Shown piece after piece: positions 8,873-18,211 of a stretch of DNA of 64,000 nucleotides. Made by a program: the position numbers and the translations under genes. Below the pieces are notes generated by a model that saw only the letters and a list, made by a program, of their open reading frames with translations, was not told the DNA's origin and did no database searches. Positions within the stretch are counted from its first letter, which is position 1, and the number at the start of each line of letters is the position of its first letter. The stretch is from Candidatus Daviesbacteria bacterium (GTDB lineage Bacteria > Patescibacteriota > Microgenomatia > Daviesbacterales > UBA10151): NCBI GenBank assembly GCA_016176335.1, contig JACOXI010000004.1:146303-210302 (forward strand), written 5' to 3'.

Positions 8873-9772
8873 ATGGAGATTAAAAATATCAATCAATCAC
8901 AAATTCCCATCCAAAATTCAATTAAAAATCAATCATCCATTACCTCAGTGAAGAACGAAAAGGGCAATTTCTTACCAATCATAGGAATAGTCTTATTGAT
9001 TTTTATTGTTGGTACAAGTGCATATTATTTTGGCACGCAACGAAGTAATACTGCTCAATACTCACAAAATACACCAAACCCTACTTATCAAAGCGCTCCT
9101 ACAAATGTACCTTCCCCAACCGCAAACCAATCTTCATCAACAAGTAAATTCCAATACAACTTAGTAAAAAAGACTGTGAAAATTTCAGATGAGAATATCA
9201 TAAATGCATTTTATCAGGATAATCCCTACATAGAGATAAGTGCAGCAATAGAAAAAATCGACCCATCTAATAACCAAAAAGAGACTGTTGTCAAACCATT
9301 ATCAGATAATTTATTAGGCAAAATGATTGCACCGAGTGGTTGTTGTGCAAAGAAGTATGATATTCTTCAACATCAAGCAGTGCAGAATGACTCTTATCTT
9401 CTCTTTATCAGAGATAAGTTTTATATAGTTGACCTAAAGACAAAGCTTATTAGTCAAATGCCAACTAATTACCCAAAGGCATTTGCATTACAGTTTGAAG
9501 TATCTCCTGATGAAAGATTTGTCTTTTTAAAGAGTGGTGATAGGCACTCGTCAAATTATCAAGAAGTTATTGATTTAACTAACAAAATCTTATACAAACT
9601 GCCTGAGTATTATGTTGGTGATGAGGTTTTTAATGTATTTAAAGGTTTTGATAAAGATAAAGTAATCATCGAAAGCTCGAAAGGCTTTGATAAGCAAAAT
9701 CAACCGCAAAATACAGTAAACCTAAGCACTTATCCTTCAAAAACATTTAATTTCACTTTCGTTACTCAGTAA
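8873..9772 (+). CDS. hypothetical membrane-anchored or secreted protein
   Basis: N-terminal TM helix, a low-complexity Ser/Asn/Gln linker and a C-terminal globular part. Confidence 0.6.
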   Translation: MEIKNINQSQIPIQNSIKNQSSITSVKNEKGNFLPIIGIVLLIFIVGTSAYYFGTQRSNTAQYSQNTPNPTYQSAPTNVPSPTANQSSSTSKFQYNLVKKTVKISDENIINAFYQDNPYIEISAAIEKIDPSNNQKETVVKPLSDNLLGKMIAPSGCCAKKYDILQHQAVQNDSYLLFIRDKFYIVDLKTKLISQMPTNYPKAFALQFEVSPDERFVFLKSGDRHSSNYQEVIDLTNKILYKLPEYYVGDEVFNVFKGFDKDKVIIESSKGFDKQNQPQNTVNLSTYPSKTFNFTFVTQ

Positions 9773-9985
9773 TCCTTTTTGCAAGGTGTTCCTATATTTG
9801 AAGATTTTGATTCGGGAAAGGACAAAAAAACATTACAAAAATATATAGAAAAGTTTTCGATCGATAAAGGTATTATGCTTTCTCGTCATCGTCTGGTAAT
9901 GGTTTTACAAAAAATAGCATAATCAATTAGGGCATAGCTGCAGAAGCTAATCCCCCCTCAAAAGGGCAATTCCTTCTATATTGTA

Positions 9986-10486
9986 TTGATTGAACCGGAA
10001 TCAAAAACTAAAGTGGATATTTTTGACTATACTCAATCTCCAAAAGAACTGGTAGGAGTTCCTTTTCATGGGTATGTAGTGAATATACAAAGTATTGAAG
10101 ACCAGCTTGTAAAAACAGTTCTTGATACCTCAAAAGTTGTAGACAGGATTGTGGTAGATCCCAAACAGTTCCAGGATGCCAGATTGATGATGCAGGCAGC
10201 TGATATGAAGAAGGCTGAAGAAAACTGGAAAAGCAGAAAGTTTAAAAAATATCCCAGATCATTAGTGAAAGCTTTGGAGAAAGCCTGGGATATTGTCAGG
10301 AAAAATCCTGATTTGAGTAAGGAAAAGCCACATAGAAAATCAAAACCCTACATCTGCCCAGATTGCTCGCCTCGCTCTCGCCTCGATTCAGCGAAGCGGT
10401 TCGCAGGCGAAGCGGGTGTAAGTACATTACGCTTTCCCATTACATCCATGCAGCAGATATACAAAACTTTAGGCTACATAGAGTAG
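9986..10486 (+). CDS. hypothetical protein
   Basis: 166-aa ORF. The C-terminal 20 residues are encoded by a GC-rich repeat element (10365-10417). Confidence 0.5.
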   Translation: MIEPESKTKVDIFDYTQSPKELVGVPFHGYVVNIQSIEDQLVKTVLDTSKVVDRIVVDPKQFQDARLMMQAADMKKAEENWKSRKFKKYPRSLVKALEKAWDIVRKNPDLSKEKPHRKSKPYICPDCSPRSRLDSAKRFAGEAGVSTLRFPITSMQQIYKTLGYIE

Positions 10487-10496
10487 TGAGGTAATT

Positions 10497-10928
10497 TTAT
10501 TGAAGATGTTGGGCCAGACGCCGTTTCAGGTTGATAACGCGCTCGCCAACTATCACATCCTGTTTGGTATGAGCTGAAAATCGCAGTTTAGCTATTTCAC
10601 TAAAACTTACCCATGAAAAAGCGCTTTCTTTTCGGGGGATAAATTTTTGAGGGCTTTTTACTTCGGCATAAAACACGTAATTAATTTTGTCCTGTGTGTC
10701 GTGAAAGTAATCATAGACAGGATAAATATGCTTCATTTTAAGGTTAACCTTCAGTAGCTTATGCACTATTCGCTGAAACGTATCCTCCGCGTCTTCCCCT
10801 TCTTTACTTTCCCCTCCCAACATAGACCATAAAGGCACTGTATTATCTTTTTGTTTGGATTGAAGCAAGAGAATTTGGTGAGTTTTTAGGCTGTAAAGGA
10901 ATCCGCTTGCATAAAACGATTTATGCAT
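10497..10928 (-). CDS. NUDIX hydrolase-like protein
   Basis: GGESKEGEDAEDTFQRIVHKLL resembles a Nudix box GX5EX7REUXEE, with divergent positions. Confidence 0.5.
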   Translation of the reverse strand: MHKSFYASGFLYSLKTHQILLLQSKQKDNTVPLWSMLGGESKEGEDAEDTFQRIVHKLLKVNLKMKHIYPVYDYFHDTQDKINYVFYAEVKSPQKFIPRKESAFSWVSFSEIAKLRFSAHTKQDVIVGERVINLKRRLAQHLQ

Positions 10929-10951
10929 GGGTGCATTTTAACACATAGGGC

Positions 10952-11830
10952 TTACAAATTAAAGTATTTATATACAGCCTCGGAGATTTTGGCAATTGTA
11001 TCGCTGGCAAAAGTGACATCCCCAGTTTCCGATAAAATGACAATTACAAAATCCCCATTTGGAGAATGAGCAAGCTCCTGCTTGCAGCAGTAAACTATGC
11101 CCGCGTCATTTCGGATATTGGGAAGCTCCCCAGTTTTGTGAGCAACTAAGGTGCCTTCAGGCAAGTATTTAGGGATCCGGTCATTCCTTTGCTGGGCCAG
11201 CAATAATTCAAGCATTTTTTGGGAGTATTCAGTATCTATGATTTCGCCCCTGTATATACCTTCAAACAACTTCCCCAAATCCGAGGCGGTAGTTTTAAAT
11301 TCAGTATCAATGCTTGATTCATCCAAGCTGTATTTTTCTAAAAATTTTCGTATTTCCCCTTTTCCAACTTTCTCGATCAGGGCAAAAGCGGCATAATTGT
11401 GTGAGATGACTATCATCTGCTCGAGCGCGCTTTTGATAGTAAAATTTACCACCCCTGTCTCTAAATCAGCATCCTCCTCCTTAGATTCGAATTTTTCATT
11501 CAGTGCGGCTACATCTGCTGTAATCGAGTCGTCCTCGCTTATTTGCCCTTCCTTAATTTTTGTCAGGACAGTACCCAAAACCCAAATCTTGTACAGACTG
11601 GCGGGTTGAAATTTGTCATGCTCGTTTCTAACATATGTTTCTTTGCTCTTGAAGTTTTTTATATAAATTCCATACCTGCCTTCGGAGTCTTTCAAAACAT
11701 TTTCAACCACACTTTTCAAATCATCATCTTTCAAACGGAATGAAAAGTTATATGACACAGGTTTGCCAAGTTGAGAATAAGTTATTAATCCTCCCATCAA
11801 AAGAATTAAAAGTAAGGCCACTTTCTTCAT
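10952..11830 (-). CDS. class A beta-lactamase-like serine hydrolase, secreted
   Basis: Signal peptide. SxxK (ASLYK), an SHN element in place of SDN, and a KTG (AHKTGE) motif. Confidence 0.65.
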   Translation of the reverse strand: MKKVALLLILLMGGLITYSQLGKPVSYNFSFRLKDDDLKSVVENVLKDSEGRYGIYIKNFKSKETYVRNEHDKFQPASLYKIWVLGTVLTKIKEGQISEDDSITADVAALNEKFESKEEDADLETGVVNFTIKSALEQMIVISHNYAAFALIEKVGKGEIRKFLEKYSLDESSIDTEFKTTASDLGKLFEGIYRGEIIDTEYSQKMLELLLAQQRNDRIPKYLPEGTLVAHKTGELPNIRNDAGIVYCCKQELAHSPNGDFVIVILSETGDVTFASDTIAKISEAVYKYFNL

Positions 11831-11842
11831 TGAAAGGATATC

Positions 11843-12256
11843 TTAGAGGTTTTGCAGATCTGCTTCAACTGTGGCGAATTCTGTTTCCAGATCCAAAACA
11901 TTAACCTTATTTAATTCCGTATCCAATACGTCTTGGGTTTGAGGCGAAGATGGAGTCTGAATCTGACTTGGCTTTACCCCTCTATTATTTACATAAAAGT
12001 ATGCTCCTCCTATCAAAACAACTGCTATTACCAAACCTGCAACCATTATAAGAATCATCTTCTTTGAGGATTTGGGAGGCTCTCCACCAACAGGGGTAGA
12101 GGGTTGTTGAGATTGGGGTGAGTTCATACTCGGCACCTGAGGCGCTGATGGTGCAGGTTGAGGCACTGGACTTGGGTTTATCGAATTTAGGTCGTTAGAC
12201 CGCAAGCTTTGCTTATTATTGTCCATTTGATACATCTCCTTCATTGGATTTAGCAA
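11843..12256 (-). CDS. hypothetical Pro/Ser/Gln-rich membrane-anchored protein
   Basis: Low-complexity N-terminus, a single TM helix and a C-terminal coiled segment. Confidence 0.5.
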   Translation of the reverse strand: MLNPMKEMYQMDNNKQSLRSNDLNSINPSPVPQPAPSAPQVPSMNSPQSQQPSTPVGGEPPKSSKKMILIMVAGLVIAVVLIGGAYFYVNNRGVKPSQIQTPSSPQTQDVLDTELNKVNVLDLETEFATVEADLQNL

Positions 12257-12905
12257 CTCTTATGGCATTGGCAACTTTTTGCTTGGCATCAATGACCAGT
12301 TTTCTTAATTGTCCCAGGTCGGTGCGTAACTTCTCTTTTACTCCTTGCATATCTTTTCGTACGGTAGCTTCTGATGTGGCCTCTAGCACATAATCTTTAT
12401 CTGCTTGGAGCGCAACTGCTTCGTTGGCAGAGGATATGGCACCCCTTGCGTCGGCTATAGCGCTTCTTACTGCTGCCGGATCCTTAATATCTTTTGTGCC
12501 TGCGTTAACCCTTGCTTCCAATTTATCCAGAATACCTGACATGACTCCTAAATGTATATTCATGGCCCCAGTTACTTTTTCATTGATATTGGCCAAATTG
12601 ACATTTACTCTTTCTGCAATTTGAGCCTTTTTCTGATCTTTGAAATTTTGTAGCCTTGCTTTCAAAGCTGCTTCTTTTGTGGCAATACGCTCTTTTAAAG
12701 CTGTTAATCTTTCCTGAACGTTCGCTTTCCTTGTTTCTACTCTAGTTTCTTTTCTATCTCGAAGATTAGTTTTCCCGGTGGTTCCGGAGGTAGTTGCATC
12801 TTGCGCTAAAACAGCAGTTGCGGATAAAAAAATAAATAATAAGGTTAGGAAAATCGTTGTTAATTTGGAAAGTAGACCATTGGCAGTTGCAGTCATTACC
12901 TTCAA
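12216..12905 (-). CDS. hypothetical secreted coiled-coil protein
   Basis: Signal-peptide-like N-terminus. Lys/Glu/Ala-rich heptad-like sequence. Confidence 0.55.
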   Translation of the reverse strand: MKVMTATANGLLSKLTTIFLTLLFIFLSATAVLAQDATTSGTTGKTNLRDRKETRVETRKANVQERLTALKERIATKEAALKARLQNFKDQKKAQIAERVNVNLANINEKVTGAMNIHLGVMSGILDKLEARVNAGTKDIKDPAAVRSAIADARGAISSANEAVALQADKDYVLEATSEATVRKDMQGVKEKLRTDLGQLRKLVIDAKQKVANAIRVAKSNEGDVSNGQ

Positions 12906-12988
12906 TGTAACAGAAAAAATTAAGTTTTGTCAACCCCAATTTTGAGCTCCTTGACAAAAAAGCCTCATAGTATTAATATCACCTATTA

Positions 12989-13249
12989 ATGAGTGTCGAA
13001 GCGCCTGAAGTACCTGAAGCACCTATTAGAATGTTACGTTACCCCCATTTTATGAGAAATAGATATGGTGACGAATCAACCACCACAGTACGTGGTCGTC
13101 ATCGATTAAGAAGAGAACGAAATACACGTTCAAGGGGAATAGGATCAACTACCGGAAGATCTAGACCAATAATACCTCACGTTCGCGTGTTTAGAGCTAA
13201 TGATTTTGAATTCCCATTTGACGGTGGGAACGTAGATTCTGATAATTAG
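12989..13249 (+). CDS. hypothetical Arg-rich small protein
   Basis: 86-aa ORF. Low confidence. Confidence 0.25.
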   Translation: MSVEAPEVPEAPIRMLRYPHFMRNRYGDESTTTVRGRHRLRRERNTRSRGIGSTTGRSRPIIPHVRVFRANDFEFPFDGGNVDSDN

Positions 13250-13297
13250 TATCCTCTTTGATAAATTAAGCTTCAATTGATAGAATATAATCTATTA

Positions 13298-13370
13298 GCG
13301 CCCGTAGCTCAGTGGATAGAGCAGGACGGTTCTAACGTCAAGGTCGGGGGTTCGAATCCCTCCGGGCGCG
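13298..13370 (+). tRNA. tRNA-Arg (anticodon TCT)
   Basis: Acceptor GCGCCCG/CGGGCGC. D-arm AGCTCAGTGGATAGAGC. Anticodon loop GTTCTAA. T-arm GGGGG-TTCGAAT-CCCTC. Confidence 0.9.
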
Positions 13371-13462
13371 CTAGTTTGAAATTTTCCAATGAATTGGGAA
13401 ATTCTCAAACTATCTGCCAATGAGGGTTCAACTGCGCCGCTTCGCAAGAAGCTAGCTGTTCG

Positions 13463-13487
13463 TTCCCGCCTTTGGCGGGACGTTTTA
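13463..13487 (+). terminator. rho-independent terminator-like hairpin CCCGCC-TTT-GGCGGG followed by a T-tract
   Basis: Perfect 6-bp GC stem, then ACGTTTTAT. It lies between tRNA-Arg and a 15-bp duplicate of the tRNA 3' end. Confidence 0.5.
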
Positions 13488-13502
13488 TCCCTCCGGGCGC
13501 GC
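13486..13502 (+). repeat. direct repeat of the tRNA-Arg 3' end (ATCCCTCCGGGCGCG), att-like
   Basis: The 15-nt stretch is identical to tRNA positions 13356-13370. Confidence 0.6.
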
Positions 13503-13570
13503 AGCGTAATAAATTGCTTCCGCAATTTAAACGCTGCTGAGACGTAAAAATCTCTGATTTTGTACGTCTC
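13501..13570 (+). repeat. two adjacent perfect hairpins (GCAGCGT..AAATTGC-TTCC-GCAATTT..ACGCTGC and GAGACGTA-N16-TACGTCTC)
   Basis: Inverted repeats read directly, at 13501-13537 and 13539-13570. Confidence 0.55.
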
Positions 13571-13639
13571 GCCATTTGGGAAATTGCGAAGTCGTTTTTG
13601 TTATGATAAATTCAACCTAATAAGATTAAAGAAAGTAGG

Positions 13640-13891
13640 ATGAAAATTATGAGTGAGAGAGTGAGTGTCTTTGTCCTTGATGCAAAATTCTCGATAGATA
13701 CGGCAAAACCATGCCCCTATGGCAAAGGAACAATCGAGGATAATAATTGTGGTGAAAGACGGGAAGGATCAATGTATCCATTTTGCTACATGGAAGGAAA
13801 TCGATGTCCACAAGTCGTAATTGAACTATACATGAGACCGGCAAGCGAAGTATTACGTGCAATGGAACAAAACCACGCGCGCGAGAAATAA
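13640..13891 (+). CDS. hypothetical small Cys-rich protein
   Basis: 83 aa with 4 Cys in CPYG..C...C..C spacing. Several antisense ORFs overlap it. Weak. Confidence 0.3.
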   Translation: MKIMSERVSVFVLDAKFSIDTAKPCPYGKGTIEDNNCGERREGSMYPFCYMEGNRCPQVVIELYMRPASEVLRAMEQNHAREK

Positions 13892-13971
13892 CGGAAGGAC
13901 GGTTTTTTCCAAGAATGTATGTTAAGAGATACAGAAGGGGGAAGGGTTTTTACGAAAAAGTGCGCTAACAA

Positions 13972-15369
13972 TTATTGATAGGTTATCTCTTTTTTTCTTT
14001 CTCCAATATCCACCGGATAATTTCCGCTAAAACAAGATGTGCAAAGTAAATTCTCCGGTAAACCCACAGCTTTTATTAAGCCCTGATAAGACAAATAATG
14101 CAAAGAGTCTACCCCCAATTCTTTTGTAATTTGTTTAATACTTTTAGTAGCTGCAATTAACTCTTTTTGATCAGGTGTATCAATACCATAAAAATCAGGG
14201 AATTTAACAGGAGGTGATGAAATCAGTAAATGAACCTCCTTTGCTCCTGCGCCTCTGATCATTTTAATAATCTGTTTTGAGGTATTACCGCGTACTATTG
14301 AATCATCAACCACCACTACTTTTTTACCGGCAATAATATGCTTCATGGGGTTGAGTTTTTGTTGAATAATTTTGTGCCTGATATGCCGTTCAGGAGAAAT
14401 AAAAGTGCGGTGAATGTAGCGGTTTTTAATCAGCCCCAGGTAAAAGGGAATTCCCGATGCATTTGAATAGCCAATTGCAGCAGGAATGGCAGAGTCAGGT
14501 ACAGGTATGACAACATCTGCTTTGATTGTATATTCCTTTGCCAGCTGCTTTCCCAAATTTTGTCTCACCCAATCAACGCTTTTTCCCAAAAGAACACTAT
14601 CCGGTCTGGCCAGATATACAAATTCGAATACATCCAGCTTTTGGTTGCCTTTTTCAATCTGAATACTTTTTAAACCTTTCTCACCTATGACAATCATCTC
14701 CCCAGGTCTTACTTCCCTGATAAAAGTTGCACCGATAATATCCAGCGCACAAGTTTCTGATGCAACAATAAACCCCCCGTTTAATTTTCCAATACACAAA
14801 GGCCTGATTCCAAAAGAATCTCTTAATGCCACAATCTTTTTCTCGTCCATGACCAGTAAGCAAAATACACCGGTAAGAAGCGGATACGATTTTTTAATTG
14901 CCTCTTCCAGCAAAAAACCGTTCCTCATATAAAAAGCAATGGCGCGCGTGATCATCTCCGAATCATTTAATCCTTTTATAGAAATCTTTTTTCCTGTTAG
15001 GAATTGTTCTAATTTTTTAGTGGACGGAAGATTGCCGTTGTGAGCTAAAGCAATAAATTTGCTGCCACTAATTTTTTCCAAAATTGGTTGAGCGTGAGAT
15101 GCTATTGAATCGCCTGAAGTGGAATAACGGTTATGGCCAATTGCCAAAAATCCAACTAATTTCTCCAAGTCCTCTTCTCCAAAAACGTGGGAGACTAAAC
15201 CCATTCCTTTGTGTAAATAAATTTTTTTACCGTCTGAAGATGCAATGCCTGAAGATTCTTGGCCTCGATGTTGCAGAGCCCAAAGGCCGGGGTGCACTAA
15301 ACGTGCCGCCTCAAAATCCCGCCCCATTACTCCGAATATCCCACACCTTTCTCCTATTCGGTTTCCCAT
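13972..15369 (-). CDS. purF: amidophosphoribosyltransferase
   Basis: Short propeptide before the catalytic Cys (ERCGIFGV). PRPP-binding VVDDSIVRGNT. C-terminal Fe-S Cys cluster (CTSCFSGNYP). Confidence 0.92.
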   Translation of the reverse strand: MGNRIGERCGIFGVMGRDFEAARLVHPGLWALQHRGQESSGIASSDGKKIYLHKGMGLVSHVFGEEDLEKLVGFLAIGHNRYSTSGDSIASHAQPILEKISGSKFIALAHNGNLPSTKKLEQFLTGKKISIKGLNDSEMITRAIAFYMRNGFLLEEAIKKSYPLLTGVFCLLVMDEKKIVALRDSFGIRPLCIGKLNGGFIVASETCALDIIGATFIREVRPGEMIVIGEKGLKSIQIEKGNQKLDVFEFVYLARPDSVLLGKSVDWVRQNLGKQLAKEYTIKADVVIPVPDSAIPAAIGYSNASGIPFYLGLIKNRYIHRTFISPERHIRHKIIQQKLNPMKHIIAGKKVVVVDDSIVRGNTSKQIIKMIRGAGAKEVHLLISSPPVKFPDFYGIDTPDQKELIAATKSIKQITKELGVDSLHYLSYQGLIKAVGLPENLLCTSCFSGNYPVDIGERKKEITYQ

Positions 15370-15422
15370 AACCTAATATAACTATTTGAGCATGTAAAGT
15401 CAAGTAGTGGCATAATAGGTTT

Positions 15423-16226
15423 ATGGGTATTTTAACTGTCTTGCCATGCTGTTTTATTTTTTTATCATTTATCAATTTTAATCCCCTGCTTTCCTTGGAA
15501 AGAACTTTTGCCCAACCTATTTACCAGCTTAAGAAAATATTTAACCCCCAAATAATTAAACCTAAAAATAGCTACACCATAGTTTTGGTAGGTGATTCCA
15601 TGACCGATTACCTGGGTTCTGCCGACTATTTGAAAGAAAACCTCAAAACTTATTATCCCCAAAAGCAAATAAACATAAAAAACTTTTCTGTCGGATCAAC
15701 CAACATCCTGACCCTGCCGGATCGTTTACAAAACCTGACCAATTATAATGGCAAAATTTCCCAAGCTATTCTAAACACGGACTTTGATTTGATACTGATC
15801 GAATCTTTTGGTCATAATCCCCTGTCTGAATTTTCCCAAAATGACGGACTTAAAAAGCATAATGAGGTTTTAGATCAGGCTCTGGTAATGATAAGGCAAA
15901 GGCAACCACAAGCCCGGGTCATCTTTTTGGCCACCATTGCTCCGCATCTGGACAGGTATGCTGAAGGGGTTGCCAACCTCACAACGGAAGTAAGAAGGGA
16001 GTGGGCAAAACAAAGAGCAGCCTATATCAAAAATCATATCGAATATGCCAAAAGGCATAAATTGCCTTTAATTAACATTTATGAAAAATCTTTGGATGGC
16101 GGGGGAGGAGGAAATATAGATTATATTAATACAGGAGATTTCATACACCCTTCCCCCACAGGCATTAAATTTATCAGCAGGGAGATTGCAGATTTTATAT
16201 TTAAGAAGCGGATATTGCCCTTGTAG
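15423..16226 (+). CDS. SGNH/GDSL family hydrolase
   Basis: N-terminal signal or TM. VLVGDSMTDY GDS block. C-terminal DxxH-like FIHPS. Confidence 0.65.
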   Translation: MGILTVLPCCFIFLSFINFNPLLSLERTFAQPIYQLKKIFNPQIIKPKNSYTIVLVGDSMTDYLGSADYLKENLKTYYPQKQINIKNFSVGSTNILTLPDRLQNLTNYNGKISQAILNTDFDLILIESFGHNPLSEFSQNDGLKKHNEVLDQALVMIRQRQPQARVIFLATIAPHLDRYAEGVANLTTEVRREWAKQRAAYIKNHIEYAKRHKLPLINIYEKSLDGGGGGNIDYINTGDFIHPSPTGIKFISREIADFIFKKRILPL

Positions 16227-17178
16227 ATTTTAAATAATTAATTAACTTTTTAAGCCCTTCTTCAAGCTCAACCTTAGGTTCCCAGCCCAAATTTTGTTTG
16301 GCTTTGGTGATATCAGGACATCTTCTTTGCGGATCATCTTGCGGCAAATCTTGAGTAAATTCCACGTCCGATGTGGAACCGACCAATTCTTTAACCTTTC
16401 GGGCCAGCTCTAAAATAGTAAATTCATTTGGATTTCCCAAATTATACACTTCCCCTTTTTCTCCCTTCTCCATGGCCAGTATTATTCCATCTATCATATC
16501 CGAGATATAACAAAAGGATCTAGTTTGCTTCCCGTCACCAAAAATTGGTAAGGGTTTATTTTGTAATGCAGCCATCACAAACTCAATCACTACCCTGCCG
16601 TCTCGGCCCATTCTGGGGCCATATGTATTAAAAATTCGGATAATTCTGCCATCCAATTCTTTAGACCTCACAAAAGCTGAAGTTATAGTTTCTCCAAATC
16701 TTTTGGATTCATCATAAACAGATCTGGGCCCGGTGGTTGAAACATTACCTCGGTATTCTTCTTTCTGGGGGTGTTCCTCCGGATCACCATACACTTCCGA
16801 GGTTGAGGCAAACAAAAATTTTGCACCGAGTTTAACTGCTATTTCGCAAAGCTTCCAGGTACCTAAAGTATTAACCCGCATAGTCTCAAAAGGGTGAGAT
16901 ATATAACTCTTGGAGTTATTCTCATTAGGGGATGCGGGAGAGGCCAGCTGATAAATACAATTGACATTTGACAATTCAGATTTGACATTTTCTGGAAACG
17001 CCTTAGATACATCATGATCTATAAATTGGAAATTTGGGTTATTTTTTAAATGTTTGACATTATCCAGGTTGCCTGTTAGCAAATTATCTACACATACAAT
17101 TTGGTTGCCTTGCTCGATTAACTTATCGCAAAGATGTGATCCCAAAAACCCTGCCCCACCAGCTACAATAATTTTCAT
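16201..17178 (-). CDS. UDP-glucuronate decarboxylase / UDP-xylose synthase (NAD-dependent epimerase/dehydratase)
   Basis: MKIIVAGGAGFLGSHL Rossmann motif and an NTYGPRM..DGRVV motif. The track ORF extends to 17364, but the conserved start is ATG at 17176-17178. Confidence 0.85.
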   Translation of the reverse strand: MKIIVAGGAGFLGSHLCDKLIEQGNQIVCVDNLLTGNLDNVKHLKNNPNFQFIDHDVSKAFPENVKSELSNVNCIYQLASPASPNENNSKSYISHPFETMRVNTLGTWKLCEIAVKLGAKFLFASTSEVYGDPEEHPQKEEYRGNVSTTGPRSVYDESKRFGETITSAFVRSKELDGRIIRIFNTYGPRMGRDGRVVIEFVMAALQNKPLPIFGDGKQTRSFCYISDMIDGIILAMEKGEKGEVYNLGNPNEFTILELARKVKELVGSTSDVEFTQDLPQDDPQRRCPDITKAKQNLGWEPKVELEEGLKKLINYLKSTRAISAS

Positions 17179-17188
17179 TAAGATACTA

Positions 17189-17233
17189 TTATATCTTAAA
17201 TCTTCTATCAGATAAATATGGATTGGGTTTACG
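17189..17233. repeat. 45-bp direct repeat, copy 1 (duplicate of the dinB 3' end: last 14 codons plus stop)
   Basis: 43 of 45 nt are identical to 18167-18211. Both differences are synonymous in the dinB frame. Confidence 0.8.
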
Positions 17234-18166
17234 TTTGCATGTTGACAAATAATGTAACAATACTTTAATACTAAGACAACAGATGCCTGCTGAACTCCCA
17301 CCGGAAACTTATAGAAGATTATCTCAAGCCGATTTTCAACATATCCAGGACGACGATACAACACCTTCTATACAACCTCTGCCAACAAGTGAAACTCCTG
17401 TCTTTGATGTTCGCACACTAAGTGTGTGGTATGGAGACCGTTTTGCATTAGACATCTCTGATGGGTTTCAAATTCCCCAGGACAGTATTACGGCAATAAT
17501 GGGTCCTTCCGGTTGTGGCAAGAGTACTTTTTTGCGTTGTTTAGATCGGTTAATAGACTTGACAGGAACGGCAGTAGTTAAGGGAAAGGTAGTATTTAAT
17601 AACGAAGATATTCTGGGAGAAAAAGTTGACACCGTCCTTCTTCGCAAAAGAATTGGAATGGTTTTCCAAAAACCAAATCCATTTCCCAAGTCCATTTATG
17701 ATAATGTAGCATTCGGTGCACGAATTTGGGGATACCGAGGAAACATGGATGATTGGGTAGAATCATGTTTAAGACGGGCAGTACTATGGGATGAAGTAAA
17801 AGATACTTTAGACAAAGGCGGTCTGGCCCTTTCCGGAGGACAGCAACAACGTCTGTGCATTGCTCGCGCACTAGCAGTTAAACCAGAGGTCTTGCTTATG
17901 GATGAACCATGCTCGGCACTTGATCCCATTGCTACTTATGGAATAGAGCAACTCATGATTCAATTAAAACAAGAACATACAGTCATACTTGTTACACATA
18001 ATGTGCAACAGGCTGCGCGTGTTTCTGATTATGTAGGTTTTTTCTTAGGAAATGGCCAAAAACCAGGTAGGTTAGTGGAATTCTCAACTAATGAAAAAAT
18101 TTTTACAAGCCCAAACCTTCAACAAACAGAGGCATATATAATGGGCAGATTTGGATAGGTTGCTTT
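17234..18166 (+). mobile_element. 933-bp insertion carrying a lone pstB with its own TTGACA-containing promoter region, bracketed by 45-bp direct repeats
   Basis: Direct repeats at 17189-17233 and 18167-18211. The insertion separates dinB from the UDP-xylose synthase gene, which would otherwise be 10 bp apart on the minus strand. Confidence 0.5.
17283..18158 (+). CDS. pstB: phosphate ABC transporter ATP-binding protein PstB (orphan; no pstSCA nearby)
   Basis: Walker A GPSGCGKST. IGMVFQKPNPFPKSIYDNVAFG. LSGGQQQRLCIARALAV. C-terminal ...TEAYIMGRFG, typical of PstB. Confidence 0.88.
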   Translation: MPAELPPETYRRLSQADFQHIQDDDTTPSIQPLPTSETPVFDVRTLSVWYGDRFALDISDGFQIPQDSITAIMGPSGCGKSTFLRCLDRLIDLTGTAVVKGKVVFNNEDILGEKVDTVLLRKRIGMVFQKPNPFPKSIYDNVAFGARIWGYRGNMDDWVESCLRRAVLWDEVKDTLDKGGLALSGGQQQRLCIARALAVKPEVLLMDEPCSALDPIATYGIEQLMIQLKQEHTVILVTHNVQQAARVSDYVGFFLGNGQKPGRLVEFSTNEKIFTSPNLQQTEAYIMGRFG

Positions 18167-18211
18167 TTATATTTTAAATCTTCTGTCAGATAAATATGGA
18201 TTGGGTTTACG
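18167..18211. repeat. 45-bp direct repeat, copy 2 (the genuine 3' end of dinB)
   Basis: See copy 1. Confidence 0.8.

Noticed and set aside
13295-13525. 76-aa minus-strand ORF
   Set aside because: It lies entirely antisense to tRNA-Arg and the att-like repeat. Spurious.
17179-17364. N-terminal 62-aa extension of the UDP-xylose synthase ORF
   Set aside because: It is hydrophobic junk read from the dinB-repeat copy and the promoter region. The conserved Rossmann start MKIIVAGG begins at 17178.
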